From assembly GCA_964463705.1 (NCBI GenBank), contig CAYXCH010000006.1, forward strand, positions 32,576-96,575: a stretch of DNA of 64,000 nucleotides, read 5' to 3'. The translations under genes were made by a program, and so were the position numbers. The stretch's first letter is position 1. Each line of letters opens with the position of its first letter. The notes beneath the pieces were generated by a model. It was not told the origin of the DNA. It worked only from the letters and a program-made list of their open reading frames with translations, and did not search any database. Below, in pieces: positions 10,156-19,695 of this stretch. This DNA comes from an uncultured Pseudobdellovibrionaceae bacterium (GTDB lineage Bacteria; Patescibacteriota; Minisyncoccia; Moranbacterales; GCA-2747515).

Positions 10156-11361
10156 TTATAACTGAATTCGGTAGAGTTTTTGATCCAGCATGTTAATAAA
10201 GAACAGTGCATCTTCATCCGGAGATAAAAACGGTTGACTAACTTTATATCGCACTGCTGAAGAAACAACATCATCAACTGGAACAACACGATCTTTTTTA
10301 TTTGTTGTAACATTGATTTTCCAAAATGTATCCCGATCCGCCGTCGGAAATGCACAATAAATTGTCACACTGTCTTTACTCCATGCACACTTGCTTACAT
10401 TTGTAGGAATACGAAGTGGACGGTATTCTCCTCCGTTTGCATTGGCAACACCGAGCATCCTCTCATTACTTCCCTTTACCACCGTAGAGCTGATTAAAAT
10501 AATCTGACCGTTCGGTGAAAACAGGTAGTCCGCATTATAATGCCCTTGAAAAAGTGTTTTTGGTGACGGTGACGCATCCAGCAAATTTACCACTTGTAAC
10601 CGGGTTTTCTCAAAAGGATTTGGCGCTCGCCAAAACGCAACACGAGAGGACTGGGGAATATTTACAAAACGTGAACCTCGTGGAATATCTCGTGCAATAA
10701 CTCGCCACTGTGATCCATCCGGCTGTGCCACATTCAATGTCGTTCTTCGTGTCACAGAATCAAAGTATGTGTAGAGAATTCGATCCCCAACTGTTGTCCA
10801 GTCCACGCGATCCACACCCGGCTTTAATGGCACTCCCTTCTGAGTGCGATGATCAAAGAAATAGATTCGTGTACCACCTGATGGATCTACAAATTTTGTT
10901 AATACACGCTGACCATCCGGCGCCCATGCCGCATAAACAAAGTTCTTTAATGGAACGTCGGAAAACGAACGCGGTGATCCTCCCAACAGCGGCACCTCCC
11001 ACACCGTTCCATCTTCTGCCGCATAGTACCGAATCACCTGCTTCTCCTCATCAACATAAGGAGAAACTACAGCATGACGTGAAACCGGAATGATACGACT
11101 TTTTGTTACTGATGGCGCACGATCTTCTGTGTAGGGAGAGGGTGTTGATGATGATGTTGACGATGAAGTTTCTCCTGATGACTCTTCCGTTTGTTCCTTC
11201 CGATCCGTTTTTGATGACTTCTTATCATTGTCTCGTGACGAATCAGAGGTAGTTGTACGCATCACTGTCTGTGTTGGTGGCGTAAACGCAAACCGATAAA
11301 TGCCCAAAAACATCAGAATAACCACCAGTAGAATCGTTGAAACAATAAATACTTTCTTCAT
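10156..11361 (-). CDS. Secreted or membrane-anchored beta-propeller (TolB/PD40-like) protein
   Basis: N-terminal TM/signal anchor, then a Ser/Thr-rich linker, then repeated W/SPDGQ-type motifs (WAPDGQRV, SPNGQII, LSPDEDALFF). Confidence 0.55.
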   Translation of the reverse strand: MKKVFIVSTILLVVILMFLGIYRFAFTPPTQTVMRTTTSDSSRDNDKKSSKTDRKEQTEESSGETSSSTSSSTPSPYTEDRAPSVTKSRIIPVSRHAVVSPYVDEEKQVIRYYAAEDGTVWEVPLLGGSPRSFSDVPLKNFVYAAWAPDGQRVLTKFVDPSGGTRIYFFDHRTQKGVPLKPGVDRVDWTTVGDRILYTYFDSVTRRTTLNVAQPDGSQWRVIARDIPRGSRFVNIPQSSRVAFWRAPNPFEKTRLQVVNLLDASPSPKTLFQGHYNADYLFSPNGQIILISSTVVKGSNERMLGVANANGGEYRPLRIPTNVSKCAWSKDSVTIYCAFPTADRDTFWKINVTTNKKDRVVPVDDVVSSAVRYKVSQPFLSPDEDALFFINMLDQKLYRIQL

Positions 11362-11373
11362 GGTGCCTGAATA

Positions 11374-14300
11374 TTAGATTCGTGGTGTCTTTCGTACCGG
11401 ATACATGCGCCACAGCAACATCATCAGAACAACAACCACTGCCACCGAAACAAATATTCGGAATAAGAATAGGGTCATTCCCGGCGCTGCCGCTCCAATA
11501 GCTGCCATAAACGCCCCCGGTGCATCCCGACGAACGATGGGATTCTCCGTGTACTCAATCTGCATATTTCCCTCAAAGCGAATCGGGGCAAGGTCTTGAT
11601 CTGTCATTTGCCATGTCGTCCGAAGAACATCGCGAACCTCCGGTGTCGGCTGATAGAGCGCTTTTACTTTAATATTTGTGCTCTCACCGGCATTACGCTT
11701 TGTTCCATCTACCGTAATAGTATCTCCTGTTTCCGGCCGATAGACACTTTCCATAAACCACGCCACTGTCGTATCGGGAGCAATCCACCGTGGATGAACG
11801 GACTCAACGATATTCATTGTGGATTTCGGATATGCCAAGAATACCTGATCACTGTATAAGACACGGCCGGCATCCGAATCTCCGGTATATGACTGCGTCT
11901 TCTTCCGATAAACGCCCGTACACGCTCCAACAGATTTATCCGGATCTGTTGGAGATAGCTTGTCACAGAATGATACATAGGGCGCAACAACCTGGAATGT
12001 TCGTGATACATCCACCGCCGCACCGGAGCCATATCCACCACCGGCTTGTTGACCGATACTGTTTGCCGAAACCGATACCGTAAACTTTGTTCCCACATCA
12101 CCCTGTACGGGCAACACCAGGCACGCCCCCGAGGAAATATTTGTGCTTCCGTCCGCACTACACCCGATACCGTACGGATTTTGCACCGGTCGTCCGTTTA
12201 ATTTCCATCGATAGTTCGTGTACCGTGCAATTCCTCCACCACTCGTGGTTTCATTCAATACAATCTTTAATAACTGATTCTTTACCACCGGACATCGCAC
12301 CAATTGCGCATCATTATCTTCACAAATCCTCTGATCATCAGGACTGGATTGCGCTGTTCCGCCGGAGGTAACCACTTCTGCCGCCGATCGCACCGTATAC
12401 ACAAGCATACGATTAGATGCTCGGGTCACTCGAAAAATTACTTCTCCCAATCCGCGACTTACATCATATTGATGCAACTCTGCCGACCCCAGATCAAATG
12501 CCTCCTCAATCTCCACTCGTGCCCGAAGGTATGTTACATCCTTTCCCGGTGGGAAGATTTTATCATTATGTAAGTTTAATTTGAACCGGAGTGTGGACAG
12601 TCCATTCCCCTCCATTGGCGACAATTCCGCTTCGGGAAAATCAAAGACTCCGCGCCCTGCCGCCCCACCGGCGATCAACCCATCTCGCCAGTTTCGTGGA
12701 TCAAAATCTGCCGTTCCATCGGCGCTCTTGTATAGCCGCCACCGATATCGTAAACGATCACTGGGGTACTTGGCATTGAGAATTGTTGCCGTAATTGTTA
12801 CCGTATCTCCCATGTTAAGATGGTTGCCGGTAAGAGAGTTTACCTCATCATTTACCGGGTTATTGGGCTCTACCGTTAATTCAATATCCAGTTTTCGGGC
12901 CGCTCCACCGCGGGTAGGTGATACCAGTGCATGCGGAGAACTTGACAAACACCGATTAAATGCCTCTTCCGGTGATGTATCAGCAAATGCGATTGCGGGA
13001 ATACTTACATCGTATCCTTTGATTTTCACCTTGTATGCACCCGTTGTTGTCGGTACGGAATTATTAACCATTCCGGAGTAGTCACACGCATTATTGACGG
13101 TGGCAAACATGATCATATTTGACGAGTCCCGGTGCTTTGTCGGCAAAATGGACTCTCCTTCCACAACAACACCCACCTGATCTCCCGGTGTATAAATCCA
13201 TGAGAATACCATTTGTCCAAGACCTACGACCGTCGCCTCGTCCTTCACACCATTTTCCGAGGTGTCATTATCAAACGGGTCTGTGTAGTAAAAATCCTCA
13301 TCAATTTTTGGAAAGGCGCCGTCAACTCCTCCTACCTGTGCCGCATCATCGGTATAATCGCCGGTTCTCCGTGGGAAAAGGTGAAATCGCTCAATATCAT
13401 CCTGTGTAATCGGTTGCGGGTTACATGTATCAATCAGATCACTTTCATCAAAGATATCCTTCCCCGTACTTTCTACACCAAACTGCTCTACACCATAAAG
13501 CTCTGCCTCACAAGAATAATACCGATCCAGTACGAATGTATCGGAGCTTGTCATAATGGCATTCTCCTCCAAATTATCTAACTCCTCCGCGGTAATCGGA
13601 GTGGGAACACCATCAACGACAACGGCGGCGGCAAAGCGCGGAGGCGGCCAGAAAGACTGTAATGCGTTAATGTCTTCATCATTACACTGAAACGGAATGA
13701 ACTGCTCATTTGGCTCTACAACATAATTCCCTCCCTCAAGATCTCCCGGCTCACCGATAGGATCATTGCCCGCCTTAGGATCACCGGCAAGATCAGCACC
13801 ACGAGCAATATACAACCATCGCAGCTCTGCCAGTGCATCTTGTCGCTCTTTCTGTTCATCAATTGTATACTCTAACGACTCTTCCGGAACACAGACAGGT
13901 ATTGCGCCCCCATCACATTCCGGCTTTGCTATACTATTAGCAACCTCTTCAAATAATGAGCCTAGTAAACCTCCACTGGAGCGCTCCTCTACGATTGCCG
14001 GACATTCCGGTATACCAACGACACTGCAGATATTAAACGTATTCTCATCAGAAGTAATATTAACGGAAACAATTGTCGTAGACTCTTGCTCTCCGCGTGC
14101 ACTTCCACCATCGCCACCATCGCCACCGCCAGCGGTACCGGAAGATCCGGTAGCACTTGCATCACCACCTTTACCTCCTTTACCGCCCTCTGCCTCTATC
14201 TCCATACGACGATCTCGATCGATGCCACGTGTAATCTGTTTTGCCGGACATGTCAGCGTCTTGTTCGCCACACATACCGGCACCTTTCCCTCCGGACAAT

Positions 14301-15027
14301 TGAAAACCTCATCCGCATTTACACTCCTAACAATTTCATAGTTTTTTCCGGAATTAAAGTCATGAAGATAGTAAAAATATGGCTTTAAGTCACCCACGGA
14401 ACTCCGCGAACGATCACCACCGGGATAGGCAACATACCCATCTTGATCCGTATCACTATCATCCGCTGCATCATCCGCATACTGGATATCAAACCCCCCA
14501 CCGGCAAGTACACGAGCCGCTTCAATTTTCCAGTCCTGCACATCATAGACACCATCATCATTGTAGTCGCAGTCCTCTCCTTCCACTTCTTCTACCACAC
14601 CATTAATCTCCCGAATTGGCGCCGCACCCAAACCATCGCCACACCGGGCACGCTTTAAATACCATGTATAATACAATGTCTCCGGTTCACCTTTAAAAAA
14701 CTTCGCAAATGCTCGGGCGGTAATTTTTTGTCCCGGTTGCGGATCATTGGGAGCAAACAAAATTTGCACTTCCGGCGCTAATGTTTTATTACCACCAACA
14801 TTCGCCACCTCTCCAATATCCCGTACTGATTCCTGACTTACATGATAGCGCTTCTCCGCCCCGCCAAGAATATCATCAATATCCGGAACTCCCAATGCTT
14901 TCCCGGCAGCACCAAAAAGACCACCTAAGGCTTTACCGAATAGTCCCGCATCTACCGGCACCGCTGTCAATAAAAAAATCTGTACAATCACCGTAACAGT
15001 CATTGCAAATTTTCGTATTGTTTTCAT
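11374..15027 (-). CDS. Large cell-surface protein (~1217 aa) with signal peptide, Gly-rich segment and C-terminal TM anchor
   Basis: The probable start is the Met at 15027 (MKTIRKFAMTVTVIVQIFLLTAVPVDA). The ORF-track start at 15123 overlaps the upstream gene. It has a GGKGGKGGDASATGSSGTAGGGDGGDGG tract and a C-terminal hydrophobic helix followed by basic residues. Confidence 0.6.
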   Translation of the reverse strand: MKTIRKFAMTVTVIVQIFLLTAVPVDAGLFGKALGGLFGAAGKALGVPDIDDILGGAEKRYHVSQESVRDIGEVANVGGNKTLAPEVQILFAPNDPQPGQKITARAFAKFFKGEPETLYYTWYLKRARCGDGLGAAPIREINGVVEEVEGEDCDYNDDGVYDVQDWKIEAARVLAGGGFDIQYADDAADDSDTDQDGYVAYPGGDRSRSSVGDLKPYFYYLHDFNSGKNYEIVRSVNADEVFNCPEGKVPVCVANKTLTCPAKQITRGIDRDRRMEIEAEGGKGGKGGDASATGSSGTAGGGDGGDGGSARGEQESTTIVSVNITSDENTFNICSVVGIPECPAIVEERSSGGLLGSLFEEVANSIAKPECDGGAIPVCVPEESLEYTIDEQKERQDALAELRWLYIARGADLAGDPKAGNDPIGEPGDLEGGNYVVEPNEQFIPFQCNDEDINALQSFWPPPRFAAAVVVDGVPTPITAEELDNLEENAIMTSSDTFVLDRYYSCEAELYGVEQFGVESTGKDIFDESDLIDTCNPQPITQDDIERFHLFPRRTGDYTDDAAQVGGVDGAFPKIDEDFYYTDPFDNDTSENGVKDEATVVGLGQMVFSWIYTPGDQVGVVVEGESILPTKHRDSSNMIMFATVNNACDYSGMVNNSVPTTTGAYKVKIKGYDVSIPAIAFADTSPEEAFNRCLSSSPHALVSPTRGGAARKLDIELTVEPNNPVNDEVNSLTGNHLNMGDTVTITATILNAKYPSDRLRYRWRLYKSADGTADFDPRNWRDGLIAGGAAGRGVFDFPEAELSPMEGNGLSTLRFKLNLHNDKIFPPGKDVTYLRARVEIEEAFDLGSAELHQYDVSRGLGEVIFRVTRASNRMLVYTVRSAAEVVTSGGTAQSSPDDQRICEDNDAQLVRCPVVKNQLLKIVLNETTSGGGIARYTNYRWKLNGRPVQNPYGIGCSADGSTNISSGACLVLPVQGDVGTKFTVSVSANSIGQQAGGGYGSGAAVDVSRTFQVVAPYVSFCDKLSPTDPDKSVGACTGVYRKKTQSYTGDSDAGRVLYSDQVFLAYPKSTMNIVESVHPRWIAPDTTVAWFMESVYRPETGDTITVDGTKRNAGESTNIKVKALYQPTPEVRDVLRTTWQMTDQDLAPIRFEGNMQIEYTENPIVRRDAPGAFMAAIGAAAPGMTLFLFRIFVSVAVVVVLMMLLWRMYPVRKTPRI

Positions 15028-15040
15028 AATATATGTCCTG

Positions 15041-15676
15041 TTATACCGCATAGATTCGCACCATAAGAATAACCCCGCTTGTGAGGAAAAAAAATAACAT
15101 CGGTGAAGATAGTGCGCGTGCAAAGTACCCGATGAGCGCCGCCATCACCATTGCCACCGTTCCTCCGATAACCCCGACACCTATCTCTCCCGATGTTACC
15201 AACACTGAACATAGGGTAACAGCAAGTACTGTCATTATTCCCTGTCGCCATAAACCGCATCCAATCACTCCACCATAGAAAAACGCATGGACAATAGCGG
15301 AATACATTAACAATGCACTATACATTATCATTGATAATCCCTCCTGTGCAATTCCCGGAATCCGAATAACTTGTTCCAGTTCACGATTCATCGTAATCGC
15401 TACAAAAAATACCAGAGAGAGTGCCGCTGATGACAACAACGCCAATATCACTCCTCGCATTCCACCCCGACGACGAATACCATACGTGGAGAGCGGAAGC
15501 CGCGCTCCAAAATGGAGTGTAAATACCGGCAATGCCACAAAAAACGCAGTCAATACAATAACGTCCTGAATAACCGTTTCTCGAGGGAACACGCGATACA
15601 GCACCGCCGCACTCAGTGCCGTCATAATAATAATCATATCCCGACGATCAGGAAGAAATTTGTGGATTGCTTGCAT
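15041..15676 (-). CDS. Polytopic membrane protein. Possibly a CPBP/Abi-like intramembrane protease, but weak.
   Basis: Five to six predicted TM helices with NRELEQ and SAIVHAFFYG segments. These are reminiscent of CPBP motifs but not convincingly so. Confidence 0.45.
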   Translation of the reverse strand: MQAIHKFLPDRRDMIIIMTALSAAVLYRVFPRETVIQDVIVLTAFFVALPVFTLHFGARLPLSTYGIRRRGGMRGVILALLSSAALSLVFFVAITMNRELEQVIRIPGIAQEGLSMIMYSALLMYSAIVHAFFYGGVIGCGLWRQGIMTVLAVTLCSVLVTSGEIGVGVIGGTVAMVMAALIGYFARALSSPMLFFFLTSGVILMVRIYAV

Positions 15677-15683
15677 ATGTCCA

Positions 15684-17513
15684 TTATATCACATCCTGCC
15701 GTTGTGCTGATGCATTCCGCTGCGACTGTTTAATTTCCAATAACTGCCGCGGATCCGTTGTAATAATCTGATCCTCGCTATATGAAGCAACAACCTTGAT
15801 CGCTACATGTTTGGTACCGGCAAATAGGATCCCCTCTCCAACATTGCTCTCCAACAAAAGGTATTTCTCCTCATCGGTAAGATAGAATGTTTCCTGCACT
15901 GTCTGCGCCGATGCTGTTGATTGTTTTAACAACAGCTGCAATGATGAGTTTGTTACGATTGGCTTTCCATACCGCGATCCCATAAAATCGGAAATATCCT
16001 GAGTGATTGTTGTCAATCCCGTATAGTACTTACGACACCGCTTGGCGATCCCAAACAAAAAGCTTGCCGCATCTTCTTTCTGCATCATAACCCATGCCTC
16101 ATCCACAATTACCAAGCGGCGCCGTAATTCCGCCCGCATCTTATCCCAAATAAACTGTAACGCGATGTACATGGCAATCGGCCGCAACTCCTCTTCAAGA
16201 TCACGAATATTAAAGACGATAAGATCTGCATTTGTTTTAATATTCGTATGATTATTGAGAAATCCGGAAAAAATTCCTCGTGTATACTTCTCCAATCGTG
16301 CGGAAAGAGATTCCGCTCCCTCCATATTTTCCAGTACTTGCGCAAGATCTGTCATCGTTGGGAATGCTTCCGGCGGAAGATTGCTGAAATCTTTGTCTTC
16401 CGTAATGTCACGAATGGCATACGTCTCCCGTAATGCCGTATCCAAAATAGAATCCTCTTCCGGCGTGGTAGATCCCAACATAATCCTCAATAACCCAATC
16501 AGCATTGCAATATTGGAGCGCAATACCTCTGCGGGACTTTCATCTTCTCCGACACGCGGCAGATCAAAAGGATTAATAAACGACCGTGATTTCAATGACA
16601 ACTGAATAAATGTCCCATTAACCGTATTACACAAATGCCGGTATTCATTTTCCGGATCAATCACAAATACTTGCGTCCCAAACATCATGGAACGAAGAAT
16701 TTCCAGCTTCACGGCATAACTTTTTCCCGCACCGGATTTGGCAAAGATTACCATATTGGCATTAGGCATCGTAAACCGATCCAGAATTACCAATGAGTTA
16801 TTGTGTCGATTGATTCCGTATAAGATGCCATCATCAGATGAAAGTGTTGAAGATACAAACGGGAACGTTGTTGATAATGGCTGAGTGTTCAAATTGTTTC
16901 CAACATCAATTTCATCATTCGCCAGGGGCAACGTAGAGGCAAATCCCTGCTCCATGCGCAACACTGCCGATTTAACAAATACCAACTGCGCTTCCAGGAT
17001 AGCCTGCACTTCTTTCTCCGCTTTCGTTAAGTTTTCCGTACTGTCGGCGTAAATGGTAATATATAATCCAAAGCGAAAAAAGTGCTCTGTTCCCTGCAAT
17101 AACTTGTCGCGCAGTGCCTCAATGTCCTGCAACGCCGTTTCCAACATTGGATTACGTACTTTCCCCTCTTCGCGCTCAATAGCAATTTGCGACTCTACTT
17201 GTGTTACGCTCCGACGCAATTTTTTCAGAATATCATTCGTTCGGATAGGGTGAATGAAGTACGCAATATCCATCGGTAAATCAAGGTTGATAATGGGAGA
17301 AAACCAGTTTGTTTGCAAATATCGCGGATAAGCCGTTACAAACAATGTTTTTGCATATACCTCTCCAATTGCCAAATGCATCGGTGAAACACGAACGGCG
17401 CTAGGCGCAATAAGACCGCGAACTGTTGCCACACCTCGCTGAAAAATTTTCTCCGCCTCTACAATCGATGTTTCTTCCGGTGAAGATGCATGTTGTTTCA
17501 ATATTTGTACCAT
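15684..17513 (-). CDS. VirB4/TrbE-family conjugation ATPase, C-terminal ATPase portion
   Basis: Walker A AKSGAGKSYAVK and Walker B RRLVIVDEAWVMM. The upstream segment EVYAKTLFVTAYPRY is typical of the VirB4 middle region. Confidence 0.8.
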   Translation of the reverse strand: MVQILKQHASSPEETSIVEAEKIFQRGVATVRGLIAPSAVRVSPMHLAIGEVYAKTLFVTAYPRYLQTNWFSPIINLDLPMDIAYFIHPIRTNDILKKLRRSVTQVESQIAIEREEGKVRNPMLETALQDIEALRDKLLQGTEHFFRFGLYITIYADSTENLTKAEKEVQAILEAQLVFVKSAVLRMEQGFASTLPLANDEIDVGNNLNTQPLSTTFPFVSSTLSSDDGILYGINRHNNSLVILDRFTMPNANMVIFAKSGAGKSYAVKLEILRSMMFGTQVFVIDPENEYRHLCNTVNGTFIQLSLKSRSFINPFDLPRVGEDESPAEVLRSNIAMLIGLLRIMLGSTTPEEDSILDTALRETYAIRDITEDKDFSNLPPEAFPTMTDLAQVLENMEGAESLSARLEKYTRGIFSGFLNNHTNIKTNADLIVFNIRDLEEELRPIAMYIALQFIWDKMRAELRRRLVIVDEAWVMMQKEDAASFLFGIAKRCRKYYTGLTTITQDISDFMGSRYGKPIVTNSSLQLLLKQSTASAQTVQETFYLTDEEKYLLLESNVGEGILFAGTKHVAIKVVASYSEDQIITTDPRQLLEIKQSQRNASAQRQDVI

Positions 17514-17530
17514 GGAATATGGTGTTAATT

Positions 17531-18226
17531 CTATAACCCCTTCAAGTCCAGCGTATCAATATTCTCTGACAGCGATGTGCTGGTAAATAAGGAGGGATTA
17601 TATGCATTATACAACAGCTCCAATACTTCCTCCGTATTCAACATTCGTCCGCGCACTCCGGTTCCCCCGAGTGCCGCCGCCACATGATCTACTCGTTGAA
17701 ACAACTGATTTTTATATGTTTCAAATCTCTCTCGCTTACGTGCAATTTTGTGTGCCGGGTGTAGTGCATGAAACAATCGGAGAAATATACTCTCTCCCTC
17801 ACTTTCCACGGGAGAAAACGGCACAACGACATAAAAATATTTTGTCATAATGTTCCGTACCTCCGTTAATTCACTAATGTATGCGCGGTACTCCATAATT
17901 TGCATACGAAGCGCCTCATTCTCCGTCATCCGCTCTCGTTTATCAATTTTCTTCAAGTATGGGGCAATATTAAGACGACGAGAATTAATAACGATTTGTA
18001 CGGGAAAATCCAATGAGTTTAAAAAACTCTGATACTGAATAATAATCGCATCTTGCTCTTTTTCCGATTTCAACTCAAAATTAATGGAAGACATCATTAC
18101 AATAGCACGCAATGAACCGTTCCGTAAGACGATAACACCATCGTGTACCGACTCTACGTCCACATATTTCAATGTGCTGGATCCCGATGGCCCCGTACTC
18201 AGTGATGTAGAATGTAATCGCTCCAT
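17531..18226 (-). CDS. VirB4 N-terminal domain protein. The VirB4 gene is split into two ORFs.
   Basis: HDGVIVLRNGSLRAIVMMSSINFELKSEKE matches the VirB4 N-terminal pattern. It ends 17 nt before the start of the ATPase ORF, in a different frame. Confidence 0.65.
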   Translation of the reverse strand: MERLHSTSLSTGPSGSSTLKYVDVESVHDGVIVLRNGSLRAIVMMSSINFELKSEKEQDAIIIQYQSFLNSLDFPVQIVINSRRLNIAPYLKKIDKRERMTENEALRMQIMEYRAYISELTEVRNIMTKYFYVVVPFSPVESEGESIFLRLFHALHPAHKIARKRERFETYKNQLFQRVDHVAAALGGTGVRGRMLNTEEVLELLYNAYNPSLFTSTSLSENIDTLDLKGL

Positions 18227-18231
18227 AACTA

Positions 18232-18699
18232 CTACTTCTTCTTTGTTACCGTGTTGGCAGAAATTTCATCAAATCGCTCAGGGTGAACTGCTCCCTCCGT
18301 ATCCAGCACAGTGGAAAGTGTTGACAAATCTTCTTCGCTCAGTTTTGCTTGTTCCCGATAGAACTGAGATTTATACTGGGTCTTTGGCGGTGGAGCGGTA
18401 GGTGTAGCCGATGATGATTTTGGCACACGCTTCCACACATAAATTTTTGGCTGGAAAAGATATGTCAGTGCATATCCAATGAATACAACCAGCGGAACAC
18501 CCTGCGGACGATAAAATGCCAGCGCAACAAATATCAATACGACGGGAATCCCGATAATGTAAAATGCTTCCTGGCTAAATACATTCCATAGTATCAACAG
18601 TATCGCCCCCATCGCAAGAAACCACAAAAACTGTCGTGCCGTCAACGGACCGGCAATTTTATCTTCAACATTGATAAACTGCGGTACGCTGAAAATCAT
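18232..18699 (-). CDS. PrgI/VirB3-like small membrane protein
   Basis: N-terminal VPQFINVEDKIAGPLTARQFLWFLAMG followed by two TM helices. It sits immediately upstream of VirB4, as prgI/virB3 normally does. Confidence 0.5.
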   Translation of the reverse strand: MIFSVPQFINVEDKIAGPLTARQFLWFLAMGAILLILWNVFSQEAFYIIGIPVVLIFVALAFYRPQGVPLVVFIGYALTYLFQPKIYVWKRVPKSSSATPTAPPPKTQYKSQFYREQAKLSEEDLSTLSTVLDTEGAVHPERFDEISANTVTKKK

Positions 18700-19679
18700 A
18701 CGGTTGTATTATGTTTTGCGTCCGATGATCGTTCTCGCGCAAATACTTGTGGTGATGAGAACCTTACATATCCCATCGGAGTGGATGGTGATGCTGATTT
18801 TATTGTACCACGATTTCCGGTACGTGTCGCCCCGGTGGCAGTGGTAGATAGTTTATCAGGTGATGTACGAGAAGAATTCGCTGCTTTTCTCTCTGATGTG
18901 GGAGCAGGTGTATGCGCTACAGATGATGAAATACCTTCACGATGTGGAATATCCTGTGGAGCCGGAAATATAATAGCCGGCTGAGCGGTATTGATTACCA
19001 ATGGAATCTTCTCATCATAAGACTTTAAAATCATTGCAACACGCTGTCGTTCCTGCGGCGAAAGTGATTTTGTATTGCGATTATGAAATAGATACTTCCC
19101 CCGATCAATTGCATTATGTGTACGAGATCCCATCACTGATCGATAATTCTGCAGCCAATTCTCCACCGTCCCCGGAACGTGTTCCGGCATAATAATATCC
19201 TGCTGTGTAATACGCTGAATGGCAATATCGGGAAACTGTTTTAGTGCCGCTGTTAATGGCATACGAACATTAGCATTGACGATCTCCTTCCGAATAACAC
19301 GCCGTACCAATACTTGTGCAATCTGTGCCGCCACCGATGCCTCCACACCGGTGTGTTCTTGAATATATGCCGCAAACCGTTCCAATGGCAGTTCTTCAAA
19401 GTAGAACAGCCGCACCGCCCGTGAAAGATATGCCGCCTGTTCAACAGATAGTGAGTATTGCTTACTGATTTCTTTAATTTTCTTGTCCGTTTCCTCTGAT
19501 GCAAGAATGTCTTTAGCGCTGTCACTTAATGCAAAAAACTTCCTCCATCGCTCGGCATTTTCCTCCTCTGTTTCCCGCGGACTTGTCGGTACCCACATTG
19601 GCGAATAGCTTTGCACTATATATACATCATTTGGTGATATGACAGAAGAGGCGGTATGATGATGAGACTGATTAGGCAT
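18696..19679 (-). CDS. Hypothetical protein within the T4SS-like operon
   Basis: 327-aa ORF with a 4-nt overlap (ATGA-type coupling) with the downstream gene. No family motif recognised. Confidence 0.5.
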   Translation of the reverse strand: MPNQSHHHTASSVISPNDVYIVQSYSPMWVPTSPRETEEENAERWRKFFALSDSAKDILASEETDKKIKEISKQYSLSVEQAAYLSRAVRLFYFEELPLERFAAYIQEHTGVEASVAAQIAQVLVRRVIRKEIVNANVRMPLTAALKQFPDIAIQRITQQDIIMPEHVPGTVENWLQNYRSVMGSRTHNAIDRGKYLFHNRNTKSLSPQERQRVAMILKSYDEKIPLVINTAQPAIIFPAPQDIPHREGISSSVAHTPAPTSERKAANSSRTSPDKLSTTATGATRTGNRGTIKSASPSTPMGYVRFSSPQVFARERSSDAKHNTTV

Positions 19680-19695
19680 ACGTCATATTATTAAA

